Of a stretch of DNA of 64,000 bases, positions 14,056-26,900 are shown one piece after another. Origin of the DNA: Mobula hypostoma (Eukaryota); the NCBI RefSeq assembly GCF_963921235.1, contig NC_086107.1, positions 107,510,001-107,574,000 on the forward strand, read 5' to 3'. The position numbers were made by a program, and so were the translations under genes. Positions within the stretch are counted from its first letter, which is position 1. Each line of letters opens with the position of its first letter. The notes below the pieces were generated by a model that worked only from the letters and a program-made list of their open reading frames with translations, searched no databases and had not been told where the DNA came from.

Positions 14056-15783
14056 TAAGAGGAGCAGATTGGGAGGCAGATTTTGGAAAGGTGCAAAAAT
14101 AACAGGGTTGTTATCATGGGTGACTTTAACTTCCCTAATATTGATTGGCACCTGATTAGTTCCAAGGGTTTAGATGGGGCAGAATTTGTTAAGTGTGTCC
14201 ATGATGGATTCCTGTCACAGTATGTGGACAGGCCGACTAGGGGGAATGCCATACTAGATCTAGTACGAGGTAATGAACCGGGTCAGGTCACAGATCTCTC
14301 AGTGGGTGAGCATCTGGGGGACAGTGACCACCGCTCCCTGGCCTTTATAATTATCATGGAAAAGGATAGAATCAAAGAGGACCAGAACATTTTTAATTGG
14401 GGAAAGGCAAATTATGAGGCTATAAGGCTAGAACTTGCGGGTGTGAATTGGGATGATGTTTTTGCAGGGAAATGTACTATGGACATGTGGTCGATGTTTA
14501 GAGATCTCTTGCGGGATAGAAAACATAGAAAATAGGTGCAGGAGTAGGCCATTCGGCCCTTCGAGTAAGGGATAAATTTGTCCCGGTGAGGAAGATAAAG
14601 AATGGTAGGGTGAAGGAACCATGGGTGACAAGTGAGGTGGAAAATCTAGTCAGGAGGAAGAAGGCAGCATACATGAGGTTTAGGAAGCAACAATCAGATG
14701 GGTCTATTGAGGAATATAGGGAAGCAAGAAAGGAGCTTAAGAAGGGGCTGAGAAGAGCAAGAAGGGGGCATGAGAAGGCCTTGGCGAGTAGGGTAAAGGA
14801 AAACCCCAAGGCATTCTTCAATTATGTGAAGAAAAAAAGGATGACAGGAGTGAAAGTAGGACCGATTAGGGATAAAGGTGGGAAGATGTGCCTGGAGGCT
14901 GTGGAAGTAAGCGAGGTCCTCAATGAATACTTCTCTTCGGTATTCACCAATGAGAGGGAACTTGATGATGGTGAGGACAATATGAGTGAGGTTGATGTTC
15001 TGGAGCATGCTGACATTAAGGGAGAGGAGGTGTTGGAGTTGTTAAAATACATTAGGACAGATAAGTCCCCGGGGCCTGACGGAATTTTCCCCAGGCTGCT
15101 CCATGAGGCGAGAGAAGAGATTGCTGAGCCTCTGGCTAGGATCTTTATGTCCTCGTTGTCCACGGGAATGGTACCGGAGGACTGGAGGGAGGCGAATGTT
15201 GTTCCCTTGTTCAAAAAAGGTAGTAGGGATAGTCCGGGTAATTATAGACCAGTGAGCCTTACGTCTGTGGTGGGAAAGCTGTTGGAAAAGATTCTTTGAG
15301 ATAGGATCTATAGACATTTAGAGAATCATGGTCTGATCAGGGACAGTCAGCATGGCTTTGTGAAGGGCAGATCGTGTCTAACAAGCCTGATAGAGTTCTT
15401 TGAGGAGGTGACCAGGCATATAGATGAGGGTAGTGCAGTGGATGTGATCTGTATGGATTTTAGTAAGGCATTTGACAAGTTTCCACACGGTAGGCTTATT
15501 CAGAAAATTAGAAGGCATGGGATCCAGGGAAGTTTGGCCAGGCGGATTCAGAATTGGCTTGCCTGCAGAAGGCAGAGGGTGGTGGTGGAGGGAGTACATT
15601 CAGATTGGAGGATTGTGACTAGTGGTGTCCCACAAGGATCTGTTCTGGGACCTCTACTTTTCGTGATTTTTATTAACGACCTGGATGTGGGGGTAGAAGG
15701 GTGGGTTGGCAAGTTTGCAGACGACACAAAGGTTGGTGGTGTTGTAGATAGTGTAGAGGATTGTCAAAGATTTCAGAGGGACA
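14056..15783 (+). mobile_element. CR1-type LINE ORF2 remnant (end of APE endonuclease plus RT)
   Basis: [80 protein letters not shown] and KFADDTK across ORFs 14083-15788. A ~47-bp antisense LINE-tail insert at ~14519-14565 breaks the frame. Confidence 0.92.
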
Positions 15784-16370
15784 GATGACAACGTATGATA
15801 GCCTTTTTGACCTTACTGGCTAGGAGAGCCATTTTATTGAAGTGGAAGGATTCTAATCCACCTACGGTCTTTTATTGGCTCTCCTCCATTATGTCCTGTT
15901 TAAGTTTAGAGAAAATAAGAAGTCGGACATTTGATACATCCTTTAAATTTGAGCAAATCTGGCGACCTTTTATCCAATATTTGCATTTAATTTGATTTAC
16001 TACTCTTTCAATCTTTTTTTTCCCTTGATCAGAAAGTCTTTCTTTCTTTTTTTTGGTCCTATCCTCAAAATGGACTGCCCAGTCCCTTTTTTTTGTTTTT
16101 TTTTTCCCTATAGTGTAGTGGGGGGGGGGGGTTTCCTTTTCATTTAAAACCCAATGTTTTTTCTTTTCTCATCATAAACTGATAAGAGGAGAATTGTTAT
16201 TTTCATTTTTTATTATATATTTTATACTAGTTTAACAATACCTATGATTTTGAAAATGTCTATCTTAATTTCGGTTTATATTGTTACTGATATATATGTT
16301 TGAGATAATTCTCCTCTTGATTGTATTTATGCTCCTTTTAAATCAATAAAAAGATTAATAAAGAAAGAAA
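15784..16370 (+). mobile_element. 3' end of an L1/Tx1-clade LINE inserted in the CR1 sequence
   Basis: ORF 15795-15995 (ARRAILLKWK..PPT..W..LEKI..F..IWRPFIQYL) resembles fish L1 ORF2 C-termini. It is followed by a T-rich UTR, AATAAA and an A-rich tail. Confidence 0.7.
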
Positions 16371-17240
16371 GGACTTAGACAGATTAGGAGGATGGACAAA
16401 GAAATGGCAGATGGAACACAGTGTCGGGAAGAGAATGGTCATGCACTTTGGTAGAAGAAATGAAAGGGTTGACTATTCTCTAAATGGAGAGAAAATGCAA
16501 AAAAAACTAAGGCACAAAGGGATTTGGGAGTCCTTGTGCAGTATTCCCTAAAGGTTAATTTGCAGATCGAGTCTGTGGTGAGGAAGGCAAATGCAATGCA
16601 GCCATTCACTTCAAATAGAAATATAAAAGCAAAGATGTAATGTTGAGACTTTATAAATCACTGGTGACCCTCACTTGGGAGTATTGTGAGCAGGTTTGGG
16701 GTCCTTGTCTTAGAAAGGATATGCTGAAAATGAAGAAACTGGAGAGGGTTCCAAGGAGGTTTACGAAAATTATTCCAGGATTGAATGGCTTGTCATATGA
16801 AGAGCGTTTGATGGCTCTGGGTCTGTATTATCTAGAATTCAGAAGAATGAGAGGTGACCTCATTGAAACCTATCGAATGGTGAAAGGCCTTGATAGAGTG
16901 AATGTGGAGAGGATGTTTCCTGTGGTGGGAGAGTCTAAGACCAGAGGACACAGCCTCAGAATAGAGAGGCATCCTTTTAGAACAGAGATGAGGAAGAATT
17001 TCTGCAGCCAGAGAGTGGTGAATTAGTGGAATTCTTGCCACAGGCAGTTTTGAAGGCAAAGGTCTTTATGTATATTTAAGGCAGAGGTTGATAGATTCTT
17101 GAGTGGTCAGAGCATGAAGGGATACAGGGAATTGGCAGGATATTGGGACTGAGAGGAAAATTGGATCAGCCATGATGAAATGTCGGAGTAGAAGCAATGG
17201 TCTAAATGGCCTAATTCAGCTCCTATATCTTATGGTCTAA
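16371..17240 (+). mobile_element. CR1-type LINE 3' portion
   Basis: Resumes at DLDRL..W..WQM. ORF 16640-17026 has LYKSLV, LERVPRRFTK, GLSYEERL, RGDLIETY and TRGHSLRI. The tail is AATGGCCTAATTCAGCTCCTATATCTTATGGTCT. Confidence 0.85.
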
Positions 17241-18200
17241 GGTGGTAGATGATAGGTGAAACCAGGAGAGGGTGAGGGGATGAAGTAAAGAGCTGGTAAG
17301 TTGATTGGTGGAAGAGATAAAGGGCTGGAGAAGGGGGAATCTGATGGGAGAGCACAAAAGACCATTGACGAAAGGGAAGGGGAAGGAGCACCAGAGGGAG
17401 GTGATGGGCAGGCAAGGAGATGTGAGAGGTAAACAAGAATGGCGAATGGTGAGGGGGCGGGCAGTAATTACCCGAAGTTCAAGAAATTGAAGTTCATGCC
17501 ATCACATCAGCTTGGAGGCTACTCAGATGGAATATGAGGTGTTGCTCCTCCAGCCAGAGTGTGACCTCATTGAGGCAGTAGAGGAGGACATGTTGGAATG
17601 GGAATGGGAAGAAGAATTGGGTTGTCACTGGGAAATCCAGGCTTTTATGGCAGATGGATTGAAGGTGCTCGACGAAGCAATGCCCTAATCTACGTTGGAT
17701 CTCACCGATGTACAGGAGGCCACTCTAGGAGAATCGGATACAGTAGATGACCCCAACAGACTTGCCGGTGAAGTGTCGCCTCAGCTGGAAGGACTGTTTG
17801 GGGCCCTGAATGGTAGTGAGGGAGGAGGTATAGCACTTATTCTCCCTTGCAAGGAAGTGCCCATAGCGAGATCAGTGGGGAGGGGTGAGTGGACAAGGGA
17901 GTTGCGTAGCCTACAATCCATGCGGAAAGTGGTAAGTCGGGGGGGGGTGGGATGTGCTTGATGGTGGGATCCTGTTGGAGATGATGGAAGTTACAGAGAA
18001 TTATATGCTGGATGCAGAAGCTTGTGAAGTAGTAGGTCAGGACAAGAGGAAATGTCAACAGTTTCACTTTCTGCAGATCTGAGAAAGTGTCTTTAACCTG
18101 GAAGTTTGACTTTGTTTCTCTGTTCACAAATGCTGCCTGACTTGTTGAGTGATTCTGTGTCGACTTCAGAATACCAGCATCTGCAATTTTTAGATTTTCG
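17241..18200 (-). mobile_element. Older Penelope-like fragment (minus, ~17241-18045) followed by a degenerate plus-strand tail (~18080-18200)
   Basis: Homologous to 39700-40470 (ORF 17837-18238 has IQHIILCNFHHLQQDPTIKHIP). The plus-strand tail ends CCAGCATCTGCAATTTTT. Confidence 0.7.
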
Positions 18201-20529
18201 AGATAATAAAGTAGTGGCTGAAGCAAAGGGTAGGGCAAAGATTGACTGTGAGGTTTAATCTATTTCAGACCATAGTTTAAATTGGGAGATAAACTCACCA
18301 GGCCAAATGACCCAATCTTTGTAGGCAAGGAGTAATTCCTAACAAGTCATAGTTGGGAGTGAAAGGATGCTTCTCTGGAGAGCAGAGGAACAATTACTGG
18401 GCAGGTATCTCAAGAATAGAATCAATAAAAGCAAATGTTTCATTCTTAACAAGTTCTAGACAGACCACAGGCGAACTGTTTTGCGTGAAGGCACACACTC
18501 AATATTCAGGAAGAGCCTCTTCCCCTCCTCCATCCAATTTCTGAATGGACATGAACACCACTTCACTACTTCTTTATTTCTACTTTTTTGCACTACTTAT
18601 TTAAGTTAACTATTTTATATATATAATTCACAACTTTTTTCTCTATTATTATGTATTGTATTGTACTGCTGCCGCAAAGTTAACAAATCTTACAACACAT
18701 GCCGATGATATTAAAACTGATTCTGATTCTGAGCTAGAGGGGAAGTTATGTGTGAAAGTTGTTACTTTGTGAATTCCTGTCAGATAGTAATCAAGCATTT
18801 ATGTTATATGCCTGCATTCACACAGACATTTTCTACATCGTTGTGCACGTTTTATTTAATGGGAACTGGTATGTTGCTTCAGTCAAAAGACATCAATGAT
18901 CACTCACAAGGTTTTAGTTTATTAGAGAAGCATCACTGAGATGCTGTTCATGATTGACAGGAAAAAAAATGTTGGAAATCTGAAATTAAGAAACAGAAAA
19001 TTCTGGAAACACTCAGTGGATCAGGCATTATCTGCACAAAGAGTTATTGCGAATGCTTCCTATTCTGGTATCTTTTGTCCCCATTTGTTTAATCAATACT
19101 ACTCGGTCCTCGAACGTTCAATAATGGAAGAAGTATTCCTTTTACTTTATCCGAACCCATTATTTTTTTCACCTCCATTGAATCTCCGCTGAACCTCCTA
19201 TGCACCAAAGAGAACAATCCCTGTTTCTCTAATCTAATTGTAGCTAAAATATCCCATTCTTAGACCTACTCTACAAATCTCTTGTGCACTCACTTTAGGA
19301 CCTCCATGTCCTTCCAAAAATTTGAAGACCAGAATTGGCCACAATAGGTTATAGTTGTGATCTAACCAATATCATCTATGAATAATTATGCCTTTTTTGG
19401 AAGATATGGGAAATTAGCTTTCAGTTTTTAAAAAAACTGCGGCATACCAAAATACTATTATTCCAGTGCTAATCATAAATTAATTTTAGCTTTTTAAATG
19501 GCTTGACTTTAAAATTGGCTTTAAATATGACCATTTAAAAAAAGTTTACCAATCCTTCCTAATTAATCCTCTACAATTTTGGAATCTTTCTGACAAGGGC
19601 ACCAGATCAGAAAGGTTTTTTTTTCACGGCCACTGCCGCAGACCTTCCTGACTTGGAAATGTATCATCATTACGCTGGGGCAAAATGCTGGAACTCATCC
19701 TAAAAGCATAGTGGGTATGCCCACTCCTCAAGGACTGAAGCTCACCTTCTCAAAGGCACCTTTGGATAGGCAATTATATGCTGGCTCAGCCCATGAAACC
19801 CACATTCCTTGAACGAATATTAGACCGATGATGCCTGACCTGATGAATGTTTCTCGCATTTTTGATTTTTATTTCAGATTTTCAGTATCTGCTTTTTAAT
19901 CATTTCATGTTCTTATTTTATACCGTGTGGGGAACCACACTCTGTACTTCACTTTCAATATATTCTACCACTTTCAAATGGCATCTACCGATCCAAGTAC
20001 GTACTTTAGCATTATGTCACAACTATGGTGCTCTTCTTACCTCTGAATCATAAGTGTTCCCTCCCTCTTTGGAAACTTCATTTAGGCTGGTGTTGTGAAC
20101 TATCAAGGAGCACTGCATTCAACTGATGGTTTCTAGCAGGTGGAACTAAGAGAAAGATCAGAGGACTTGGTCTAGGGCTGAAACCCATCCATAAACGAAC
20201 GTTGCTAAAAAAGGTTGCCTGCTGTTTCTGGAATCTTCGACTGTTGAAATTCAATGTGGTGTACCTTACAGCAGTTTTACACCTCAAATAGCACTTTATT
20301 ACCAGTGAATTGCTTTGGAATGGCATGAAAGGTACTGTAGACGAACAAGAATCTCTTTATTATTATTCAATAATATTCAATATTCCTAGATTTAAAGAGA
20401 AATTAGTAAACTGTATTATTTTATTTACATTTTATTATTTCTAAATCCTACCTTCCGCATTGCTTTTGCTGGTTCACTAAGCTGAGACACAATATATTTA
20501 ACTTAAAGCCTTGGGTTTAAAGGGCATTA

Positions 20530-21250
20530 AAGAGATAGTTAAATTGGCGCGAAGCTCTCGCAAATCGGAGTTTTGCAGGTAAATTTTTATTAGCCACTGC
20601 CCTCTTCTGGTCTGCTGGGCAGAAATTTGAATTTAGACGTCGAAAAACAATCATTTAAGACCTAGTCTGCTGCCATTATAAGGCCCAGAAAGAAGGTAAA
20701 CAGCAGCAAACAGCATGGAGGGCGGTACTCCTCGGATGGACGTTTCCTTCAACCAATCCTGTTCCACTGGCTTGGCCACGAGACACGTTTGGGGCGGGTT
20801 ATTTTTGTTTTTGATGGACGGCACTGTGCATACCTTTTGGCTCGAGAGCTTCGAGTGAGGTAATGTTAGAGTCGGCCAATGAAAAGAAGAACACACGCAA
20901 AACATGGTAAAGAATGTTTGATTGCCATTAAAATTATCCAATTAAAATACAACAAGGCAGGTCGACCTTGCGTAGTGGTGTTTTGATTGTCAACCCAGTT
21001 AGCCAATTCCATGTCGAATTTTGGATGAAGTAATAGTGACGAGAGAGTAGGCGGGCAGGTTCTTTGAGTGACTTCTCTAATGTCCATTCATCTAAAAGAA
21101 TAGGCGGAACTATTGATCGATGTGATGTTGAACCATTTACAGAAGCCTAACAGACTGATGGACATTTGTTCTATCCAATTACATTTTGAATCTGTACCGA
21201 AGGCTTTGGATCGGAAACCAATAGGATACACTGTCAGGGCAGAGGGCGTT
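20530..21250 (+). promoter_or_regulatory. CpG-rich RNA Pol II promoter with multiple CCAAT boxes, GC boxes and an E2F-like site
   Basis: CpG enrichment relative to the rest of the window. CCAAT at 20753, 20876, 20938, 21003, 21175 and 21218. GGGGCGGG at ~20790, GGCGGG at ~21050, TTGGCGCG at ~20544. Confidence 0.75.
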
Positions 21251-21457
21251 GCTCTGTGGCGGAGTTGTGTTGTGTTGTGATGGTCGGCGAGAAAGTTTTT
21301 TGGCGAATTCTCTGGCCCGTTTCGCGTCGCGGAGCAAGGAGAGAAGATCCTTAAGAGAAATAGCGGGATCGGAACCCTCGGAAGTCAATGGGATAGCCAG
21401 CAGCGCGAGTAAGAGCGGAGATACTTCCAGAAGATTCTGCGGGAGCCCAGGTTTACG
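21250..21457 (+). other. Probable non-coding first exon of the host gene (start approximate)
   Basis: CpG-rich segment ending in a strong donor CG|GTGAGT (GT at 21458), followed by a G-rich intron start. Only short upstream ORFs are present. Confidence 0.65.
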
Positions 21458-21924
21458 GTGAGTTTGGGCCAAATGGCTGTGAGGAGTTTAGGGAGGGAGG
21501 AGGGGGCACGAAGGGAACCTGTGGGTTGCTGGGTGGGAGGAGGCGAGGGGGTGGAGCGCTGCTGTGACGAGGTGGAGGTGTGAGGGATTGGGGGACTGGT
21601 AGGCGGGGAGGGGAGGAATGAGGGGGAGGGGGAGGGGCAGGGAATGCCGTGGAGGGGGAGGTCTGGGTTTAGGAGGTAGAAGTGGGATCTCGGAGGGCTA
21701 CTGGCGAGATGAAAAGGGGTAGGTGAGGGACTATGAAGGCGTAGACGTGGAAAGGGTGTATCAACATAGCAGAGGTGGGAGTAAGGATAGATGTAGGCTC
21801 AAGAGACTGCAGGTGATGGAATCTGGATTAAAAATAGACCGTTGGAGGAACTCAGAGGGCCGGGCAGCATCTGTGGGGTGGGGAAATGGAGTGCTTGGAT
21901 GCGATGTGTGGAGTGGCAAGTTTA

Positions 21925-22420
21925 CCATCACGGGTGAAGCTCTCCCAACCATTGAACACATCTACATGAAACACTGTCGTAGGAAAGCGGCGTCCATCAT
22001 CAGGGATCCCCACCACCCAGATAATGCTATTTTCTCGCTGCTGCCAAGAGTTAGAATGTTCAAGCCTCTGAACTCCCACCACCAGGATCAAGAACAGCTA
22101 CTAGTCTTCAACCATCAGGCTCTTGAACGAAGGAGGATAACTACACTCACTTGTCCACTTATTGAGATGTTCCCACAGCCAATGATCTCACTTTAAGGAC
22201 TTTACCTCGTTATCTCGTGTTCTGATTATTTATTGCTATTTATTTAGATTTGCATTGGCACAATTTGTTGTCTTCTGAACTCTGGTTAATTGTTCATTGA
22301 TCCTGTTATAGTTACTATTTTATAGATTTGCTGAGCATGCCCGGAGGAAAATGAATCTTAGGGTTGTATTTGGTGACATATATGTACTTCGATAATAAAC
22401 TTTAATTTGAATTTCAAACT
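21925..22420 (+). mobile_element. Rex1/Babar LINE 3' fragment
   Basis: ITGEALPTIEHIY..RRKAASIIRDPHHP in ORF 21723-22196, plus the family tail. Confidence 0.75.
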
Positions 22421-22719
22421 TTGGGTGGTATGTGTGTGTTTGGATGTGAAAGAAAGATTGGTGGTTGTTGGGGGGGGGGTGGTAGGCAATGAAGATGGCA
22501 GAGGTAGGAATATAGAGGGATGGAGCCTGAGTAGTGAGTAGGGGTGGAAGAGGAAGATGGACTGTTTTGATATGGTGGTTGGGAGAAAAAAGGATAGTGG
22601 GAAAGGAATTGGAGAGGGAAAGTGATCTTTACAACCCTAAGGATCAAGGCATCTCCTTGATCCTACTTGTAGGAGACCCCAGTTAATGATCCACTACTTA
22701 AATGCCTTCCATTAAAAGA

Positions 22720-24400
22720 CCATAAGGCTATTAAGACATGGGAGCAAAATTAGGCTATTCCACACATTGAGTCTGCTCTGGCATTCCCTCATGGCTGATT
22801 TATTATCCCTCTCAGTCCCATTCTCCTGCCTTCTCCCCGTAACCTTTGGTGCTCTGACTAATCAAAGGACTCGCCATCTCATGTTCTGTGATATTTATTG
22901 TTTATTTAGTTATTTTTATTATTTCTCTCTTTTTGCATTTGCACAGTTTGTTGTCTTCTGCTCGTTGTTTGAACGCCCAGGTTGGTGCGGTCTTCCATTG
23001 ATTTTTATCATGGTTATTATTCTATAATGGATTTATTGAGTATGCCCACAAGGAAATGGTTCTAGATCGTGACATAAATGTACTTCAATAATAAATTTTG
23101 TTTTGAACTTAACAGCCTGCACTTCAATTGTTTTGGCCTCCAAGGTTATCTGTGCCAGTGAATTCCACAGATTCACTACTCTAGCTAAATAAATTCCTCC
23201 TCATCCTCTGCTCTAAATGAATGTCCCTCTATTCTGAGGCTGTGTTCTCTTGTCTTGGACTCACACGCTTATCGGAAACATCTGCCCGACATCCTCTGTA
23301 TCCATTCTTTTCATTCCCAGAGTCATTCTCGTAAACTTCCTCTGGACCCTCTCCAATACCAGCACATCTTTTCTTAGATAAGGGGCCCAAAACTGCTCTC
23401 AGCACTCCAAGTATGGTCTGACCAATGCCTTACAAAACCTCAGCATTACATCTTAGCTTTTGTGTTCTAATCTTCTCAAAATGAATGCTAACATTTGCCT
23501 TCCTTATCACTGGCTCAACCTGCAAGTTAGTTTTTTGGGAATCCTGCACAAGAACTCCCAAGTCCCTTTGCACTTCTGATTTTTGGATTTTCTTCCCGTT
23601 TAGATAAGTGTCTATGTCTATTTCTTCTACCAAAGTGCATGACCACACTCTTCCCTACACTATATCGATCTGCTTTTTCTATTGTACATACTATTTATTA
23701 TGCAACACACATAAAAGTTGCTGGTGAACGCAGCAGGCCAGGCAGCATTTCTAGGAAGAGGTGCAGTCGACGTTTCAGGTCGAAAACATACTATAATTTA
23801 CATATTATAACATATTATAATTTACTATAAGTTGCACATTGCACATTAGGCAGAGACATAACGTAAAGATTTTTACTCATGTATATCAAGGATGTAATTA
23901 ATAAAGTCAATTCAACTCAACTCAATTCTTTGCCCATTCTCCCAATCTGTCCAGGTTCTTCTGCGGACTCCCTGCTTCCTCAGTACTACCTGCCCCTCTA
24001 CCTACCTTCACATTGTCTGCATACCTGGCCACAAAACCGTCAATTTTGTCATCCGTATCATTGAAATTCAACATGAAGAGAAGCGGTCCCAACACCAACC
24101 TTGTGGAATGCCGCTAATCACCAGCAGCCAAACAGTAAAGCCCTCTTTATTCCCATTCTTTGCCTGCTGACAGTCAGCCAATCTTATATCCATGTAGTGC
24201 CATGAGCTCTTATCTTGTTAATCAGCCTCGTGTGCGGCACCTTGTCAAAGGCATTCTGACTTTGACACCATCAAAGTCAGAATGCACCATCCACTGACTC
24301 TCCTTTGTCTATCTTGCATTTTATTTCCTCAAAGAATTCCAACAGATTTGTCAGGCATGGTTTTTTAAGGGAAACCATGCTGATTTTGGCCTTATTTTCT
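22720..24400 (-). mobile_element. Decayed CR1-type LINE (minus) with nested Rex1-tail and Penelope-end fragments
   Basis: ORF 23430-23648 has YLNGKKIQKSEVQRDLGVLVQDS. The CR1 tail is at ~22720-22780, a Rex1 tail at ~22866-23110, and a Penelope end with partial hammerhead at ~23701-23785. Confidence 0.7.
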
Positions 24401-25174
24401 CGTGGGTGATACCAGGATCACCTCTTAGACCTATGCTGCTCATCCTAGACCTGCTGATTAGTGATTATGCCCCGTGTCAGTTATATGTGTACTAATAATA
24501 GCCATAAATCCACAGCACCCACCCTCCATGTCTAATGGCATTTTACCAGTTCAATAATTGGCTAATTAAAAGGGATAATAATTACTAATATTTTAGCACC
24601 TTTCTGGTAGTTATGGGATGGGGAGAAAACGCTGATGTGTGATTATTAATTCCGTAAGATAGGGCAATTAACTTCTGCTCCTCAGTCAAGTATCATTATT
24701 AAAGTCTCGTTGTACACATTAGTCTCAGTTGTAATAAAAGATAGCTTTTTAGTTGGAAATCTGTTCAAGGCTGCGAGTAGAATTGCAGTGGATTCAGACC
24801 CAATCGCAGAATCACCAGGAGTATATTGTTCTGCATGATTCAACTCTGTAGTGGCTAGTCAAAATTTGATTCTTATCTAAAATTACCTAGTAATAAAATG
24901 ATGTTAAGAAGACTGAGTTTACTTAATTATCTAACTTGGAGAAATTCAAACCCAAAACATCGATAGAGCTTTGTAGGCAAATGTTTTCTAATTTATTTCT
25001 GGTATGCAGTGTTTTAAGTACTTTTATCTAAACAAGTTGATTTGAGGAAATCGGAATGTATTCAGTGTGGAAATTGGAACAGATTCACAGCAGAAATATT
25101 TCCAGTTGTATCCATGGATGCAAAGCCCTTTTGGCTAAAAGTGACTTTAGCAAGGAAAATTTATGAGTTCCTTG

Positions 25175-26900
25175 TTGCAGTCTTCCTGAATCAGAAACCC
25201 TGGATCAATGGTTCCGTGCGAGCAGCACTTACAGCGTGACATGGGGCGTACAACACTGGCGATCATCTGGAGCTCGAGAAAAGCAACTATGATCTGCACA
25301 AAGCTATCAAGGCTGCGAAAACAATATAGGGAGAAGATTGAGTCATGATTCACAAAGAATAGCACACGTGACTTGTGGCGAGGGCTGCATACCATTGCAG
25401 ACATCAAAGCTAAACGTTGTGGTGCCGCCAACATCGCAGCCTCTTTCCCAGATGAGCTCAATTGCTTTTATGCTCGGTTCGATGTCAGTAACTCTGAGCC
25501 TCCGAGCAAAGCCACTGCTATAATCTGCAACCTGGTCATCTCTGAGGCTGAGGTGCGCAGATGTTTCCAATGAGTGGGTAGTCATAAGTCTGCGGGACCA
25601 GACAGCATCCCAGAGCGAGTACTCACGATGTGCGCAGCACAACCGGCAGATGTGTTTACTGACATTTTTAATCTCTCCCTCTCCCAGTGTAGCGTGCCTT
25701 CCTGCTTCAAATTATTCACCATTGTCCCTGTACCAAAAAAGACCAAGGTAACGTGCCTGAATGACTGGTGTCCTGTCGCACTCACCTCAGTAATAAGCAA
25801 ATGCTTTGAGAGGCTGGTCAAGGGTTACATCTGCAGCTTGCAACCACCCAAACTGGACCCCCTACAATTCGCCTACCAACACAACCGATCGACAGATGAT
25901 GCAATTGCTACTGCTCTACATACTGTCCTTGCACATCTGGAGAAGAAGGATGCTCCGACCCTCTGACTCTCAATACAGGAGCCCCTCAGGGCTGCGAACT
26001 GAGTCCCTTCCGTTACTCTCTGTATACCCATGACCATATCACCACCCACAGCTCCAATCTGCTACTTAAATTTGCCAATGACACTACATTTATTGGTCTT
26101 ATCTCAAGCAATAACTGGGTGGCCTACGGGGAAGAAGTCATCTCTCTGACTCTGACACAGTGGTGTCAAGAAAACGACCTCTTTCTCAAAGTTGCAAAAA
26201 CAAAGGAGCTGGTTCTGGATTACAGGAGGAATGGAGCCGGGCTAACCCCTATTGACATCAATGGATCTGGGGTTGAGAGGTTAAACAGCTTCAAGTTCCT
26301 CGGCATCCATATCACCGAGGACCTCACGTGGTCTGTTCGCACCAGCTGTGTGGTGAAAAAGGCACAACTGCGCCTCTTTCACCTCAGAGACTTGAGGAAG
26401 TTTGGTATGGACCCCCAAATCCTTAGAACTTTCTAAAGGGGCACAACTGAGAGCATCCTGACTGGCTGAATCACTGCCTGGTTTGGGAACTGTATTTCCC
26501 TTAACCGCAGGACTCTGCAGAGAGTGATGCGGACAGTGCAGCGCATCTGTAGGTGTGAACTTCCCATGATTCAGGACATTTACAAGGTCAGGTGTATAAA
26601 AAGGGCCTGTTGGATTATTGGGGACCCAAGTCATCCCAACCACAATCTGTTCCAGCTGCTACCATCCCGGAAGCGGTACCAACCATAAAAGCCAGGACCA
26701 GCAGGCTCCGGGACAGCTTCTTCCACCAAGCCATCAGGCTGATGAACTCATGTTGATTTGAGTGTACCCTATATTACATTGACTGTTCTATTTATTGTAA
26801 ATTACTATGATTGCACATTTAGATAGAGACGTAACATAGAGATTTTTACTCTTCATGTATGTGAAAGATGTAAGAAATAAAGTCAATTCAATTCAATGTG
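25175..26900 (+). mobile_element. Decayed Rex1/Babar LINE
   Basis: [79 protein letters not shown] and KKAQLRLFHLR across broken frames. Confidence 0.88.

Noticed and set aside
21179..21472. ORFs on both strands over the CpG island
   Set aside because: Non-ATG starts, no recognisable domains, and expected by chance in GC-rich sequence.
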